Shown here: positions 5,725 through 15,011 of the stretch, in pieces
How the letters are laid out: every line of letters starts with the position of its first letter
How positions within the stretch are numbered: position 1 is the first letter of the stretch
From: Parcubacteria group bacterium
Lineage (GTDB): Bacteria > Patescibacteriota > Minisyncoccia > Phycocordibacterales > Phycocordibacteraceae
DNA length: 64,000 nt
Assembly: GCA_028286825.1 (NCBI GenBank)
Contig: JAQBQV010000002.1
Location: forward strand, 2,157-66,156
Reading direction: 5' to 3'
Position numbers and translations under genes: made by a program
The notes under the pieces: model-generated
Databases searched by the model: none
Seen by the model: only the letters and a program-made list of their open reading frames with translations
What the model was told of the DNA's origin: nothing

Positions 5725-8283
5725 ATGCTAGCCTTGCGTAAGTCGTGCTTATTTTTAACCGTTATCTTTGTGTGCGGTGTCTATTTTGCATTGCCTCCTG
5801 TATTGTCTGCGGCAGAGCGAGGAGCGCAATCAGACAGTATTGGTACAGGAGCAGAATATGCGCCGTCTGAAGTTCTGGTCAGGTATAAAAAGTCAGGTGT
5901 CAATTTGGAAACATTTGCGGGTAGAAACGTCGCGTCAGATATAAGCAAGCGCAAATTCCTTGCAATAGAGGAGCATTTCCAGAAAGAGAACATCTCTCTT
6001 TTGAAAATTAAGGACAGAAGGTCAGTTGAGGAGGTAGTCGCAGAGCTCAAGAACGACCCAAACGTAGAGTACGCAGAGCCAAATTATACTCGGAAGATCT
6101 CAGTGATTGGTTCTAACGATACTCACGCAGCTCTTCTTTGGGCTCTCGACAACTCAGGTCAAACGATACCCGGAAGTTTCGGCACGATCGCGGGTACTGT
6201 CGATGCGGACATTGATGCCCCCGAAGCATGGGCGATAAGCGAAGGAGGGGATGCAACTGTAGTTGTCGCCGTTATTGATATTGGTGTCTTGTACTCGCAT
6301 CCCGATCTACTCGCAAATATGTGGGATGGAACGAACTGTAAGAGTGACACAGGTGCTGCTCTAGGCGAGTGCAGTCATGGGTACGACTATCAGGACAACG
6401 ACAAAGACCCGCTGCCGTCGGGAGGAGCTTCTCACGGCACGCATGTGTCGGGAGGTATTGGAGCCGTGAAGGATAACGGGGCAGGCATTACGGGCGTTGC
6501 TCCCCATGTGAAAGTGATGGCTATGCGATTTGCGCTCAATGTTTCCTCTGAGATAAAGGCGATCGACTTTGCGATTCAAAATGGCGCGAAAATAATCAAT
6601 GCTAGCTTTGGTGGACCAGGATTTTCACAGCTCGAATACGATGCGATAGAGCGCTTCAAAGAAGCCGGAGGCATTTTCGTCGCTGCAGCAGGGAATTGTG
6701 GGGATGCGGCCACCTTTGCTGCCAATGGGTGTTCAAGTCAGAATCAAGTCCTTTACCCGGCAGGTTACGATTTGTCGAATATTATCTCTGTAGCTGCCAC
6801 TGCTCAGGACGATACGCTTGCAACGTTCTCAAATCACGATCAAACATGGGTTGATGTCGGCGCACCGGGTACGAACATCTTAAGTACTATCACCGGAAAT
6901 GCCTACGCTTACTCAAGCGGCACTTCGATGGCTGCGCCATACACGGCTGGGCTTGCAGCGTTACTATGGGGATACAACAACGATCTTTCATTTGCGGAGG
7001 TAAAAAGTCTCATCCTTGATAATGGAGATATTGAAGATTCTCTTGTCGGTGCCACAGTCTCAGGGAAAAGGATCAATGCTCAGAAATCGCTTTTTGGTGC
7101 AACTATTTTATATGCAGACTCGCTTCACGATGGAGCTGTAGAAGGAGTGGGTCCCGACCTGTACGCAGTCGGGTCTAGGGCGATTCTTCAAACAGCGATA
7201 GATGTCGCGACAGAGATCAAAAATAACAGCGAATCCTCTGACGCCGACATAACCGCAGCCGTCGTTGACTTACGTGCGGCTCTCACGACATTTCTTGCTG
7301 CGCGCAATCCGGAATTTTCAAATCTAACAGCTCTCACTCTTGCCATCAGTAGCGCGCAAGCCGTTCTGGCTTTGGCAGAAGAAGGGACAGTGCCCGGGCA
7401 CTACGCTCTCGGCTCGATAGCAACTTTGAATACTGCACTGGATTTAGCGCTCCTCATTACTGATGGAGACTCGCAAGCAACAGTAGATGCATCCGTCGTA
7501 GCACTAAATGCTGCTGTCCAGGCGTTTCAAAATGGCAGAGTTTCCCCAGTCATTACTACTTCGCTTGACACTGGCGGTTCAATAAACCCATCTGGGTCAG
7601 TCGTTGTCTCTTATGGGAGCGATCAGATGTTTACAATAACTGCTGACAGCGGGTACGCGATCAAAGAGGTTTTAATTGATGGCATATCCGTTGGCACAAA
7701 TGGCACGCAACTCTTTAGTAACGTAGTCGCTCACCATGTGATAACGGCTACTTTCGATCCGGTTACTTTTAGCAGTGTTTCCGTTGGTGGAGGTGGAGGT
7801 GGAGGAGGAGGTGGTGGTGGAGGCGGCGGTATTTCTTCGTCAGCGCCGCCAGCTCCGGTAGTAGCTCCGATTGTGAAAGCTGTCCCAATCACCCAAACTA
7901 AACCGAGTGACTGCAAGCCAGGCTTCTTGTTCAGTCCATCAACGGGACTTTCGTGTGGACCCCTGCCAGACTCATCAGATTTGCCGCGCTTCTTACTCGC
8001 ACAGGCCAGCGCTCCTCTAGAGACCGCCGCTGCGCCATTCCTATTCAACAGAAATCTCACGCTAGGAACTGTCGGAGCAGATGTGAGGCAGCTACAAATC
8101 TACCTTAATGCGCGTGGCTTCATTGTCTCAGCAGCAGGTGTTGGGTCAGTTGGGAATGAAAGTACTTATTTTGGAGCGTTAACCAAGAAGGCACTCGCCG
8201 AGTATCAAAGCGCAACTGGTATTAGCCCGGCCGCTGGCTACTTGGGACCCGTTACGAGAGCATATGTTAATACCCACCAGTAG
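5725..8283 (+). CDS. secreted subtilisin-like (S8) serine protease with poly-Gly linker and C-terminal peptidoglycan-binding domain
   Basis: Signal peptide present. Catalytic triad contexts are VAVIDIGV (Asp), HGTHVSG (His) and SGTSMAAP (Ser). The C-terminus (LTLGTVGADVRQLQIYLN...YFGALTKKALAEYQ) resembles PG_binding_1. Confidence 0.9.
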   Translation: MLALRKSCLFLTVIFVCGVYFALPPVLSAAERGAQSDSIGTGAEYAPSEVLVRYKKSGVNLETFAGRNVASDISKRKFLAIEEHFQKENISLLKIKDRRSVEEVVAELKNDPNVEYAEPNYTRKISVIGSNDTHAALLWALDNSGQTIPGSFGTIAGTVDADIDAPEAWAISEGGDATVVVAVIDIGVLYSHPDLLANMWDGTNCKSDTGAALGECSHGYDYQDNDKDPLPSGGASHGTHVSGGIGAVKDNGAGITGVAPHVKVMAMRFALNVSSEIKAIDFAIQNGAKIINASFGGPGFSQLEYDAIERFKEAGGIFVAAAGNCGDAATFAANGCSSQNQVLYPAGYDLSNIISVAATAQDDTLATFSNHDQTWVDVGAPGTNILSTITGNAYAYSSGTSMAAPYTAGLAALLWGYNNDLSFAEVKSLILDNGDIEDSLVGATVSGKRINAQKSLFGATILYADSLHDGAVEGVGPDLYAVGSRAILQTAIDVATEIKNNSESSDADITAAVVDLRAALTTFLAARNPEFSNLTALTLAISSAQAVLALAEEGTVPGHYALGSIATLNTALDLALLITDGDSQATVDASVVALNAAVQAFQNGRVSPVITTSLDTGGSINPSGSVVVSYGSDQMFTITADSGYAIKEVLIDGISVGTNGTQLFSNVVAHHVITATFDPVTFSSVSVGGGGGGGGGGGGGGGISSSAPPAPVVAPIVKAVPITQTKPSDCKPGFLFSPSTGLSCGPLPDSSDLPRFLLAQASAPLETAAAPFLFNRNLTLGTVGADVRQLQIYLNARGFIVSAAGVGSVGNESTYFGALTKKALAEYQSATGISPAAGYLGPVTRAYVNTHQ
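7786..7830 (+). repeat. GGN trinucleotide run encoding a 15-residue poly-Gly linker
   Basis: There are 15 consecutive GGT/GGA/GGC codons inside 5725..8283. Confidence 0.95.
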
Positions 8284-8323
8284 TTCATGTGTTATTTACT
8301 CGAATCACATATACTGGAATCCT

Positions 8324-8581
8324 ATGGATACCGAGGACCAGAACAAACAGAATCAGGAGGAGTTTAAGGTGGATGGGGAAGAGCTTATTCGTAAAGTGAA
8401 GGAACTGATAAAAGCGGGCAATGCCCGAAGGATTATCATTAAGAATGACGTGGGCGAATCACTCATTGAAATCCCTCTCACAATTGGCGCAGTTGGAGCT
8501 CTCATTGCTCCCGTTCTCGCTGCAGTCGGAGCGATTGCTGCCTTGATGACGAAATGCACCATTGTTGTCGTGAAGAAATAA
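8324..8581 (+). CDS. DUF4342-like small protein
   Basis: ELIRKVKELIKAGNARRIIIKNDVGESLIEIPLTIGAVGALIAPVLAAVGAIAAL matches the pattern. TATACT 8310-8315 lies 8 nt upstream of ATG 8324. Confidence 0.65.
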   Translation: MDTEDQNKQNQEEFKVDGEELIRKVKELIKAGNARRIIIKNDVGESLIEIPLTIGAVGALIAPVLAAVGAIAALMTKCTIVVVKK

Positions 8582-8618
8582 AGACGGATTCCTGATTCTT
8601 AACATGAAAGGGGGTAGT

Positions 8619-8689
8619 GGTTCCGTATTCGTGCCGGTGACCTGACTGCAATGAGTTAGCGAAATGGCAATACTCTTGTGTCGAAGCTG
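8619..8689 (+). repeat. intergenic motif, degenerate long form
   Basis: GGTTCCGTATTCGTGCCGGTGACC...GAGTTAGCGAAATGGCAATACTCTTGTG aligns with the 400-487 element, with an internal deletion. Confidence 0.6.
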
Positions 8690-8694
8690 AATAA

Positions 8695-8724
8695 CAAAAA
8701 AGACCCGCGCTTGGGTCTTTTTTG
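8695..8724. terminator. bidirectional rho-independent terminator
   Basis: Sequence is AAAAAAGACCC gcgctt GGGTCTTTTTT. Confidence 0.75.
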
Positions 8725-8749
8725 TTACGTGTCTTCTACTGTTCCTCGC

Positions 8750-9196
8750 TTAGCCTTGCGCGGTTTGTTTTGGGTCAAAGTCGACCATCCATTCAATGCC
8801 AAATTTGTCTCTAAACATTCCAAAGTATGTTCCCCAAGGACTGTCTCCAATAGGCATTTCAACGGTACCGCCCTCTGAAAGTCCGTTAAATAAGGTGTCT
8901 GCTTCTTCGCGACTGTCTGCGCTAATTGCTATCTTAGATCGGTTTTCGTTTTCACTTACTTGGCCCATGCTGTCTGGAATGTCATTGGCCATCAGTGTGT
9001 TTTGACCAATAGGCAATGCGATATGCATTATCTTATTTGCGTCGTTCTCAGCCACAGGAAATCCTGGACTTGAGAGGTCTTTGAAACGAATAATTTTTGC
9101 AAACTCTCCGCCGAAAACCGATTTATAAAACGTAAATGCTTCTTCAGCATTTCCATTAAAGTTAATGTGAGGGTTGATATGTGTCATATGGCTCAT
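8750..9196 (-). CDS. VOC (glyoxalase-fold) family protein, PhnB-like
   Basis: HINFNGNAEEAFTFYKSVFGG ... FGIEWMV matches the family. The start was chosen at MSHMTH; the track start 9256 is an N-terminal extension. Confidence 0.7.
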   Translation of the reverse strand: MSHMTHINPHINFNGNAEEAFTFYKSVFGGEFAKIIRFKDLSSPGFPVAENDANKIMHIALPIGQNTLMANDIPDSMGQVSENENRSKIAISADSREEADTLFNGLSEGGTVEMPIGDSPWGTYFGMFRDKFGIEWMVDFDPKQTAQG

Positions 9197-9298
9197 TATA
9201 TCAAACGCTAGGTACATACAGAGCAGCGGTGGCAACGGCGAACTGAATCCCGCCACAGCGGGTTTCCGTTATGAGAAATGAGATCGAAACGGGTGATC

Positions 9299-9775
9299 TT
9301 AACCGCGACGCGCTGCGTCAATAGCGTCCACATCAATTTTTTTCATTGTCATCATTGCTTCAAACGCACGTTTTGCTTCAGCGCCACCTGCTGCCATAGC
9401 ATCAGTTAGCGTGCGTGGCGTGATCTGCCAGGATATTCCCCAACGATCCGTACACCAACCGCATTGACTTTCTTTACCGCCATTCTCAACAATCGCATTC
9501 CAATACCGATCCGTTTCCTCTTGATCATCTGTTGCGATCTGAAATGAAAATGCTTGCGTGCGCTCGAATGCCGGACCGCCGTTAACGCCAACACAAGGAA
9601 TTCCACTGACAATAAACTCCACAGTTAGCACATCCCCCTCCTTACCATCTGGATAATCGCTGGGCGCATTATGCACAGCAGTAACCTTACTGTCGGGGAA
9701 AGTTGCGGCGTAAAAGCTGGCTGCGTCCTCAGCGCCTGATTCGTACATAAGGCAAACGGTATTTTTTGGTGTCAT
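9299..9775 (-). CDS. VOC family protein (PhnB / 3-demethylubiquinone-9 methyltransferase-like domain)
   Basis: Contains FYAATFPDS ... ETDRYWNAI ... QCGWCTDRWGISWQI. It is a paralog of 35386..35877. Confidence 0.75.
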   Translation of the reverse strand: MTPKNTVCLMYESGAEDAASFYAATFPDSKVTAVHNAPSDYPDGKEGDVLTVEFIVSGIPCVGVNGGPAFERTQAFSFQIATDDQEETDRYWNAIVENGGKESQCGWCTDRWGISWQITPRTLTDAMAAGGAEAKRAFEAMMTMKKIDVDAIDAARRG

Positions 9776-9972
9776 AGTTGTAAGTGATTGAATTGTTAGT
9801 ATATCTAATATTTGAATGAAGGATCTTGCGTCTAAGTTTTTTACGTAAAAGGTTGGTAGCTAGCACACTCTAGCCATGCTTTTGTCGTCTACTCAAGTAA
9901 TGGATTTGAAGTAAGGTATCGACTGCACACAGTCACGAAATAAACACATAACCTCTGGTATACTCAAAATAT

Positions 9973-10308
9973 ATGAAAAATTTCACTGTTATATATATGG
10001 CGCCGGCCGCAGCAATGGAAGAATGGATGCAAAAACCTGAAGCGGAGCGTAAGGAGGCGGAAACTAAAATGAAGACGGGGTGGGACGCATGGATGGCCGC
10101 GCACACCGATACGGTCCTCAATACCATTGCCCTCGGAAAGACTAATCGAGTGAGCGCGTCAGGTGTTGAAGCAGTTAAAAACGACATGATGCTGTCTTCG
10201 TATGTGCAAGGAGAAACGCTTGAAGCGGTTGCGGAGGTATTTAAGGATCATCCGCACTTCGGTATCCCAGGGGCCACCATTGAAGTGATGGAGACGCGTC
10301 CAATGTAG
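9973..10308 (+). CDS. hypothetical protein
   Basis: 111-aa ORF with TATACT 9957-9962 upstream. No recognised motif. Confidence 0.55.
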   Translation: MKNFTVIYMAPAAAMEEWMQKPEAERKEAETKMKTGWDAWMAAHTDTVLNTIALGKTNRVSASGVEAVKNDMMLSSYVQGETLEAVAEVFKDHPHFGIPGATIEVMETRPM

Positions 10309-10345
10309 GGCTCTGACGATCCTAGCGTAGTAGAAACATGGACAG

Positions 10346-10377
10346 AAAATCCCCCGTCTCTTAAAGAGGCTAGCTCG
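10346..10377 (+). repeat. intergenic motif, degenerate short form
   Basis: AAAATCCCCCGTCTCTTAAAGAGGCTAGCTCG has the same CGTC-N13-AGCTCG spacing as the consensus. TAGAAT follows 5 nt later. Confidence 0.5.
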
Positions 10378-10394
10378 TGGGGTAGAATAGGTGT

Positions 10395-10973
10395 ATGAAA
10401 AAAATTGTCTTAGGGATACTGATCACTCTTGCTGTTTTGATCGTGGCCTTTTACACAGTTAACGCGTATATCTACCATGAAAAGCAGGCGACTGCAGTGG
10501 CCAATTATAGAGATGGCGAATACCGCATTGAGGGATCGTCGGTAACCCTCAAGGGCGGTGTTTCTATTGTTGAAGCAGCACCTGGCTCTGCCTCGAAAGT
10601 AACTACTCGTTATTTTGGCAATGATTATATGGTTGATCTGGACGGGGACGGGCGCGAGGACCACGTCTTCTTACTCACACAAGAAACAGGCGGCAATGGA
10701 GTTTTTTATTATGTCGTCGCAGCCCTTAACACTAAGCGAGGATACATTGGTTCTGATGGATATTTTCTTGGCGATAGGATTGCTCCTCAAACGGTGGGAT
10801 CGAGCCAAAATCCCCGACACCAGAATGTCATTGTTGTGAACTATGCAGACCGTGCTGTGGGCGAACCCGTGACCGCTAAACCTTCGGTTGGGGAAAGTGT
10901 GTATCTTAAACTGGATCCGACGAGCATGCAGTGGGGAATTGTTGAGCCAAATTTTGAAGGAGAATCAAATTAG
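10395..10973 (+). CDS. membrane-anchored hypothetical protein
   Basis: N-terminal TM segment. TAGAAT 10383-10388 lies 6 nt upstream of the ATG. Confidence 0.6.
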   Translation: MKKIVLGILITLAVLIVAFYTVNAYIYHEKQATAVANYRDGEYRIEGSSVTLKGGVSIVEAAPGSASKVTTRYFGNDYMVDLDGDGREDHVFLLTQETGGNGVFYYVVAALNTKRGYIGSDGYFLGDRIAPQTVGSSQNPRHQNVIVVNYADRAVGEPVTAKPSVGESVYLKLDPTSMQWGIVEPNFEGESN

Positions 10974-11056
10974 GTGTTCAGGAAGGTTCCCAAGTTTATA
11001 TCACCCATCAATCCTGTGGTGTGTCCATGCGGTAGTGATGTCAGCTCATTGGAGAA

Positions 11057-11473
11057 TCATCGCGGATGATAACTCCTCCAAAGAGTGCGCCATGGTTGAT
11101 AAAGTAAAAAGACTATTACCCCTACGAGCGCAGAATTCGCACCAAGAAGAAAGAAGTATGCAAACCAACAGCACTCTTTCGCATAAAAATAGTAAGGGAT
11201 CTTTGTATGACAGGCGACCAGATTTGTATCGGGTGCTCCAGTTGCACGTGCAGCCTCGGCTTCTCGCATATACTCTGCAATTGTTGCATGCATAAAGGTG
11301 AAAAAAACTGCCGCTACGCCGAAATATTCAATTAACCCCTTATGAGTCGCAAGGGCAACCGTGACAAGTACAATAAGTACCAGCGCACCCTCAACGTGAT
11401 ATGTTTTACAGTTAAATAATTTTTTGATCTTTTCCACCACAACTACAGGGATATAGGAGATTTTATTTTTCAC
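11057..11473 (-). CDS. integral membrane protein
   Basis: 138 aa with several hydrophobic segments. Confidence 0.55.
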   Translation of the reverse strand: MKNKISYIPVVVVEKIKKLFNCKTYHVEGALVLIVLVTVALATHKGLIEYFGVAAVFFTFMHATIAEYMREAEAARATGAPDTNLVACHTKIPYYFYAKECCWFAYFFLLGANSALVGVIVFLLYQPWRTLWRSYHPR

Positions 11474-11522
11474 GATAAAGAGAGTATATCAAAGGACTTA
11501 ACGTCCTTTTGGCCTCTAGAAA

Positions 11523-11623
11523 GGTTCATGTCGTACCAAATCTACACCCATGTTTCAAGGCTCTCAGGAAACGGGTGAGCATTCTAAGGTGCCTAAATAA
11601 CTTATACCCCGGCTCAGCTTGCG
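11523..11623 (+). repeat. intergenic motif, split form upstream of lexA-like gene
   Basis: The left half is GGTTCATGTCGTACCAAATC (11523-11542) and the right-half-like sequence is CCGGCTCAGCTTGCG (11609-11623). The insert is unrelated. Confidence 0.45.
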
Positions 11624-11624
11624 T

Positions 11625-11648
11625 TTAGAGCAATTGCTCTAATATACT
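11625..11648 (+). promoter_or_regulatory. 18-bp perfect palindrome (candidate LexA operator) abutting -10 box of lexA-like gene
   Basis: TTAGAGCAATTGCTCTAA (11625-11642) is followed directly by TATACT (11643-11648), and the ATG is 6 nt later. Confidence 0.6.
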
Positions 11649-11654
11649 GTGGGT

Positions 11655-12218
11655 ATGACTGACGCCAAAGACAAAATCGCCAACTTCTACCGCAAGCGCC
11701 GCCGGATGCCATCGCATACCGAGGTCGCGAAGCTTCTCGGCTACAAATCTCGAGGTGCGACGGCCTATGCGATCCAGAAGCTCGTAGACGCAGGAGTTGT
11801 GTCTAAGGATAAGACCGGCAGACTTCTGCCTGGTGAGCTGCAATATGGGTTAAAAATGCTGGGCTTGGTCGAAGCTGGTTTCCCATCAGCAGCTGAAGAG
11901 GAACTCCTCGACGTCATGAACTTTGACGAATACCTCACTCCCAACAAGGAGTCGAGCTATATCTTGAAAGTGAAAGGTGACTCAATGATCGAAGCGGGTA
12001 TCCAAGAAGGGGACATGGTTATCGTCGAGCGCAGGCAAAGCTATAAGCCCGGACAAATTGTGATTGCTTCTGTTGATGGAGAGTTCACTATTAAATATCT
12101 GCGCAAAGGGCAAGGAGGTTACTTTCTTGAACCAGCTAACTCAAAATACAAACCTATTTACCCAGAACAGACGTTGAACATCGAGGCGGTAGTTACGGCA
12201 GTAGTACGCAAATACTGA
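11655..12218 (+). CDS. lexA: LexA-like repressor / S24 self-cleaving peptidase
   Basis: N-terminal winged-HTH region, an Ala-Gly site (VEAGFP), a Ser in VKGDSM and a Lys in FTIKYL. ATG 11655 lies 6 nt after TATACT 11643-11648. Confidence 0.85.
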   Translation: MTDAKDKIANFYRKRRRMPSHTEVAKLLGYKSRGATAYAIQKLVDAGVVSKDKTGRLLPGELQYGLKMLGLVEAGFPSAAEEELLDVMNFDEYLTPNKESSYILKVKGDSMIEAGIQEGDMVIVERRQSYKPGQIVIASVDGEFTIKYLRKGQGGYFLEPANSKYKPIYPEQTLNIEAVVTAVVRKY

Positions 12219-12219
12219 T

Positions 12220-13527
12220 ATGGCGTGGGGTTCCATACGTTCCTACCCGCGCGCCATCCTCCACGTAGACGGAGATTCTTTCTTTGTATCTTGTGAGGTA
12301 GCAAAAAATCCCTCCTTGAAAGGAAAGCCTGTAATCACTGGGAAGGAGCGGGGTATCGTATCCGCAGCGTCATACGAGGCGAAAGCGAGGGGCGTGAAGC
12401 GAGGTATGCGGTTATTTGAGGTGAGGCAGATTTGTCCTAACGCGGTGATACTCCCCTCAGACTACGAGACGTATAGTCTCTTCTCTGAGCGCATGTACAG
12501 AATCGTGCGCAGGTATACGCCCGCGGTAGAGGAGTACAGTATAGACGAGTGCTTCGCTGACCTTACTGGTCTGCGCGGAAAACTGCACTTGAGCTATGAG
12601 CAAATCGCACAAAGGATAAAACACGATCTTGATACTGAGCTCGGGATGACATTTTCAATCGGCGTATCAGCAACAAAGACGCTTGCAAAGATCGGCTCTA
12701 AGTGGAAGAAGCCATCAGGCCTCACTATGATTCCGTTACGAGATAAGCCAGTCTTCTTGGAGAAGACTCCTGTCGGAGCCGTGTGGGGGGTTGGTCCGAA
12801 CACAGCAGCGTTGCTTAATACATGGGGAGTACGGACTGCACTCGACTTTGCGAAAAAGCCTGAGGCTTGGGTGAAAGAGAGGGTGTCAAAACCATACTTT
12901 GAGACCTGGCAGGAGCTAAATGGAGTTGTTTCAAATGAGCTCGATGTAGACGGAAGGAAGGGATACAAATCGATTAGCAAAACAAAGACTTTCACTCCGC
13001 CATCTACGAGCCCAACATTTGTATATGCTCAGCTCTCAAAAAACATTGAGAATGCCTGCATCAAGGCTCGTCGGTGGGATTTGGTTAGTCCGGTTATTTA
13101 CTTTTATATTTTGACGCAAGACTTTCGTTACCACTCCTATGAGATTAAACTTCCATATCCAACAAACGTTCCGCAAGACATTCTGAAAGAAGTGTCAAAA
13201 TATTTCGCAACATTGTTCAAAAAAAATACGGAGTATCGAGCCACAGGAATTATTCTTGCCAAGCTCTCTGACGGTAAAACAGTCCAGCTCGACCTCTTTG
13301 GCTCAGTCCAAAAGTCCGAAGCCATTAAACGGGTGTTTGAGAGCGTCGATACGATGTCTGAAAAGTTTGGGAAGCATACTATTTTTCTTGGGTCCAGCTT
13401 TGAAGCCATGACCCATTCAGCACATCTCGGGGATCGGGGCGATGTCACCAATCGTGTCGTCAGCTTGTTTAAGGGCGAGACAAAGCGGAGACGTCTAGGA
13501 ATCCCTATGCTTGGCGAGGTCAGATAG
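12220..13527 (+). CDS. Y-family DNA polymerase (UmuC/DinB-like)
   Basis: Contains ILHVDGDSFFVSCE and YSIDECFADLTG catalytic motifs. There is a 1-nt gap after the lexA-like gene. Confidence 0.9.
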   Translation: MAWGSIRSYPRAILHVDGDSFFVSCEVAKNPSLKGKPVITGKERGIVSAASYEAKARGVKRGMRLFEVRQICPNAVILPSDYETYSLFSERMYRIVRRYTPAVEEYSIDECFADLTGLRGKLHLSYEQIAQRIKHDLDTELGMTFSIGVSATKTLAKIGSKWKKPSGLTMIPLRDKPVFLEKTPVGAVWGVGPNTAALLNTWGVRTALDFAKKPEAWVKERVSKPYFETWQELNGVVSNELDVDGRKGYKSISKTKTFTPPSTSPTFVYAQLSKNIENACIKARRWDLVSPVIYFYILTQDFRYHSYEIKLPYPTNVPQDILKEVSKYFATLFKKNTEYRATGIILAKLSDGKTVQLDLFGSVQKSEAIKRVFESVDTMSEKFGKHTIFLGSSFEAMTHSAHLGDRGDVTNRVVSLFKGETKRRRLGIPMLGEVR

Positions 13528-13592
13528 GGTAAAAAGACAAGTGACGTTATCAGGTTCACTCGGTATTCAGAGCGTAGTGGTAGAATTCCTCT

Positions 13593-13976
13593 ATGTTTAA
13601 AAATACAGAAGCGTTCAGCAGCTATTCAGTTGATTCTATCGAAGAAGCATTACGATTTTATAAAGACAAACTTGGCTTAGTAGTTGCAACGACTAAGGAA
13701 GGGTTGGAAATAACACTGGATGGACGGCGCCTGTTTCTGTATCAGAAGCCAAATCATACTCCCGCGTCATTCACCGTTCTCAATTTTGTGGTTAATGATA
13801 TTGATGCTGCTGTTAAAGAGTTGGAGACAGTAGGAGTAACACTTGAAAAATATGATATGAATGAAATGCGTGCTGATGAAAAGGGTATCTATCGAGGGTC
13901 TTCCACTGGAAATGGTCCTGATATAGCTTGGTTTACGGATCCCGCAGGGAATATTCTGTCTGTTATTCAAAAATAA
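13593..13976 (+). CDS. VOC/glyoxalase family protein
   Basis: 127 aa with a glyoxalase-like pattern (ALRFYKDKLGL ... DPAGNILSV). TAGAAT 13581-13586 lies 6 nt upstream of the ATG. Confidence 0.75.
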   Translation: MFKNTEAFSSYSVDSIEEALRFYKDKLGLVVATTKEGLEITLDGRRLFLYQKPNHTPASFTVLNFVVNDIDAAVKELETVGVTLEKYDMNEMRADEKGIYRGSSTGNGPDIAWFTDPAGNILSVIQK

Positions 13977-13984
13977 ATCTGCTC

Positions 13985-14590
13985 ATGAGAAAAATAATCA
14001 CCACAACCTTTATAACCTTAGATGGTGTGATGCAGGCTCCAGGAGGTCCCGAAGAGGACACGGCAAACGGATTTGCCTATGGTGGCTGGCAATTGTCATA
14101 TCCTTCAGGCGAGACGCTGGACTCTAAGATGAGCGAATTCATGCATGCTCCGTTTGAGCTTCTCCTGGGGAAAACGACCTATACCATCTTTGCTTCGTAC
14201 TGGCCGACTGCGACGACTGATCTCGAGGTGGCCGATCCGTTTAACAGGACAAAGAAATACGTCGTCTCACATCACTCTTTTGAGCCCGGGTGGAGTAACT
14301 CCGTCTGTATTACCGGTGACGTCGTAGCAGAGATCAAGAAACTAAAAGAAGAAGAGGGTCCAGATCTGTGGGTGTATGGGAGTGGGGACCTCATTCAGAC
14401 ATTGCTCAAATACCACCTGATCGATCGCATGCATTTGTGGACATATCCGATCACCATTGGTACCGGCAAACGGCTTTTCTCAGAGGGAACCCAAGCGGAA
14501 AACTTTAAGCTTATTGACGCTCAGATTTCGACGACGGGCGTTATCTTTGCTACCTACGAGCCAGTCGGCGACCTAACTGTTAAAGCGTGA
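13985..14590 (+). CDS. dihydrofolate reductase-like (RibD C-terminal domain) family protein
   Basis: MRKIITTTFITLDGVMQAPGGPEED ... LWVYGSGDLIQTLL matches the family. The track start 13928 overlaps the upstream gene. Confidence 0.75.
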   Translation: MRKIITTTFITLDGVMQAPGGPEEDTANGFAYGGWQLSYPSGETLDSKMSEFMHAPFELLLGKTTYTIFASYWPTATTDLEVADPFNRTKKYVVSHHSFEPGWSNSVCITGDVVAEIKKLKEEEGPDLWVYGSGDLIQTLLKYHLIDRMHLWTYPITIGTGKRLFSEGTQAENFKLIDAQISTTGVIFATYEPVGDLTVKA

Positions 14591-14618
14591 AGCGATTTAT
14601 CGTTTAACATAGAGTCTT

Positions 14619-14972
14619 ATGACGCAGCCTCGAATCTACACAATGAGCTTCGCAAGCGTTTATCCTCTATATGTCACTAAGGCGGAGAAAAAAGGACGCA
14701 CGAAAGCAGAAGTTGACGAAACCATTCGCTGGCTCACCGGTTACAGCCAGAAAGAGTTAGGAGCGCAAATTAAAAACCAAACAACCTTTGAAACGTTCTT
14801 TGCGGAAGCTCCTAAACTCAATCCGCTGCGGGCTCTGATTACGGGTGTGGTCTGTGGTGTCCGCGTAGAAGATATCACCGAGCCTACAATGAGGGAAATT
14901 CGCTATTTGGATAAATTAATCGATGAGCTCGCAAAAGGGAAAGCGATGGAGAAGATTTTGCGGAAGCAATAA
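14619..14972 (+). CDS. DUF2200-like protein
   Basis: Shows the [37 protein letters not shown] pattern. Confidence 0.7.
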   Translation: MTQPRIYTMSFASVYPLYVTKAEKKGRTKAEVDETIRWLTGYSQKELGAQIKNQTTFETFFAEAPKLNPLRALITGVVCGVRVEDITEPTMREIRYLDKLIDELAKGKAMEKILRKQ

Positions 14973-14974
14973 AA

Positions 14975-14997
14975 GTCAAACGTCGTTGCCTTGGTGG
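14975..14997 (+). repeat. intergenic motif, degenerate copy
   Basis: GTCAAACGTCGTTGCCTTGGTGG lies 2 nt after the stop of 14619..14972 and retains the ACGTCGT core. TATAAT follows directly. Confidence 0.4.
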
Positions 14998-15011
14998 TAT
15001 AATGCGTACCT

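Noticed and set aside
7731-8060. Minus-strand ORF with a poly-Pro run
   Set aside because: It is an antisense shadow of the GGN run inside the well-supported S8 protease gene.
13928-13984. N-terminal extension of the DHFR-like gene (track start 13928), and similar extensions at 451, 4997, 8264, 9256, 16212, 19635, 37373, 39088, 39631, 40500, 44471, 60033 and 60922
   Set aside because: The extensions overlap upstream genes or repeat elements. They precede an internal ATG with a properly spaced -10 box or SD, and/or that ATG begins an obvious signal peptide or conserved N-terminus.
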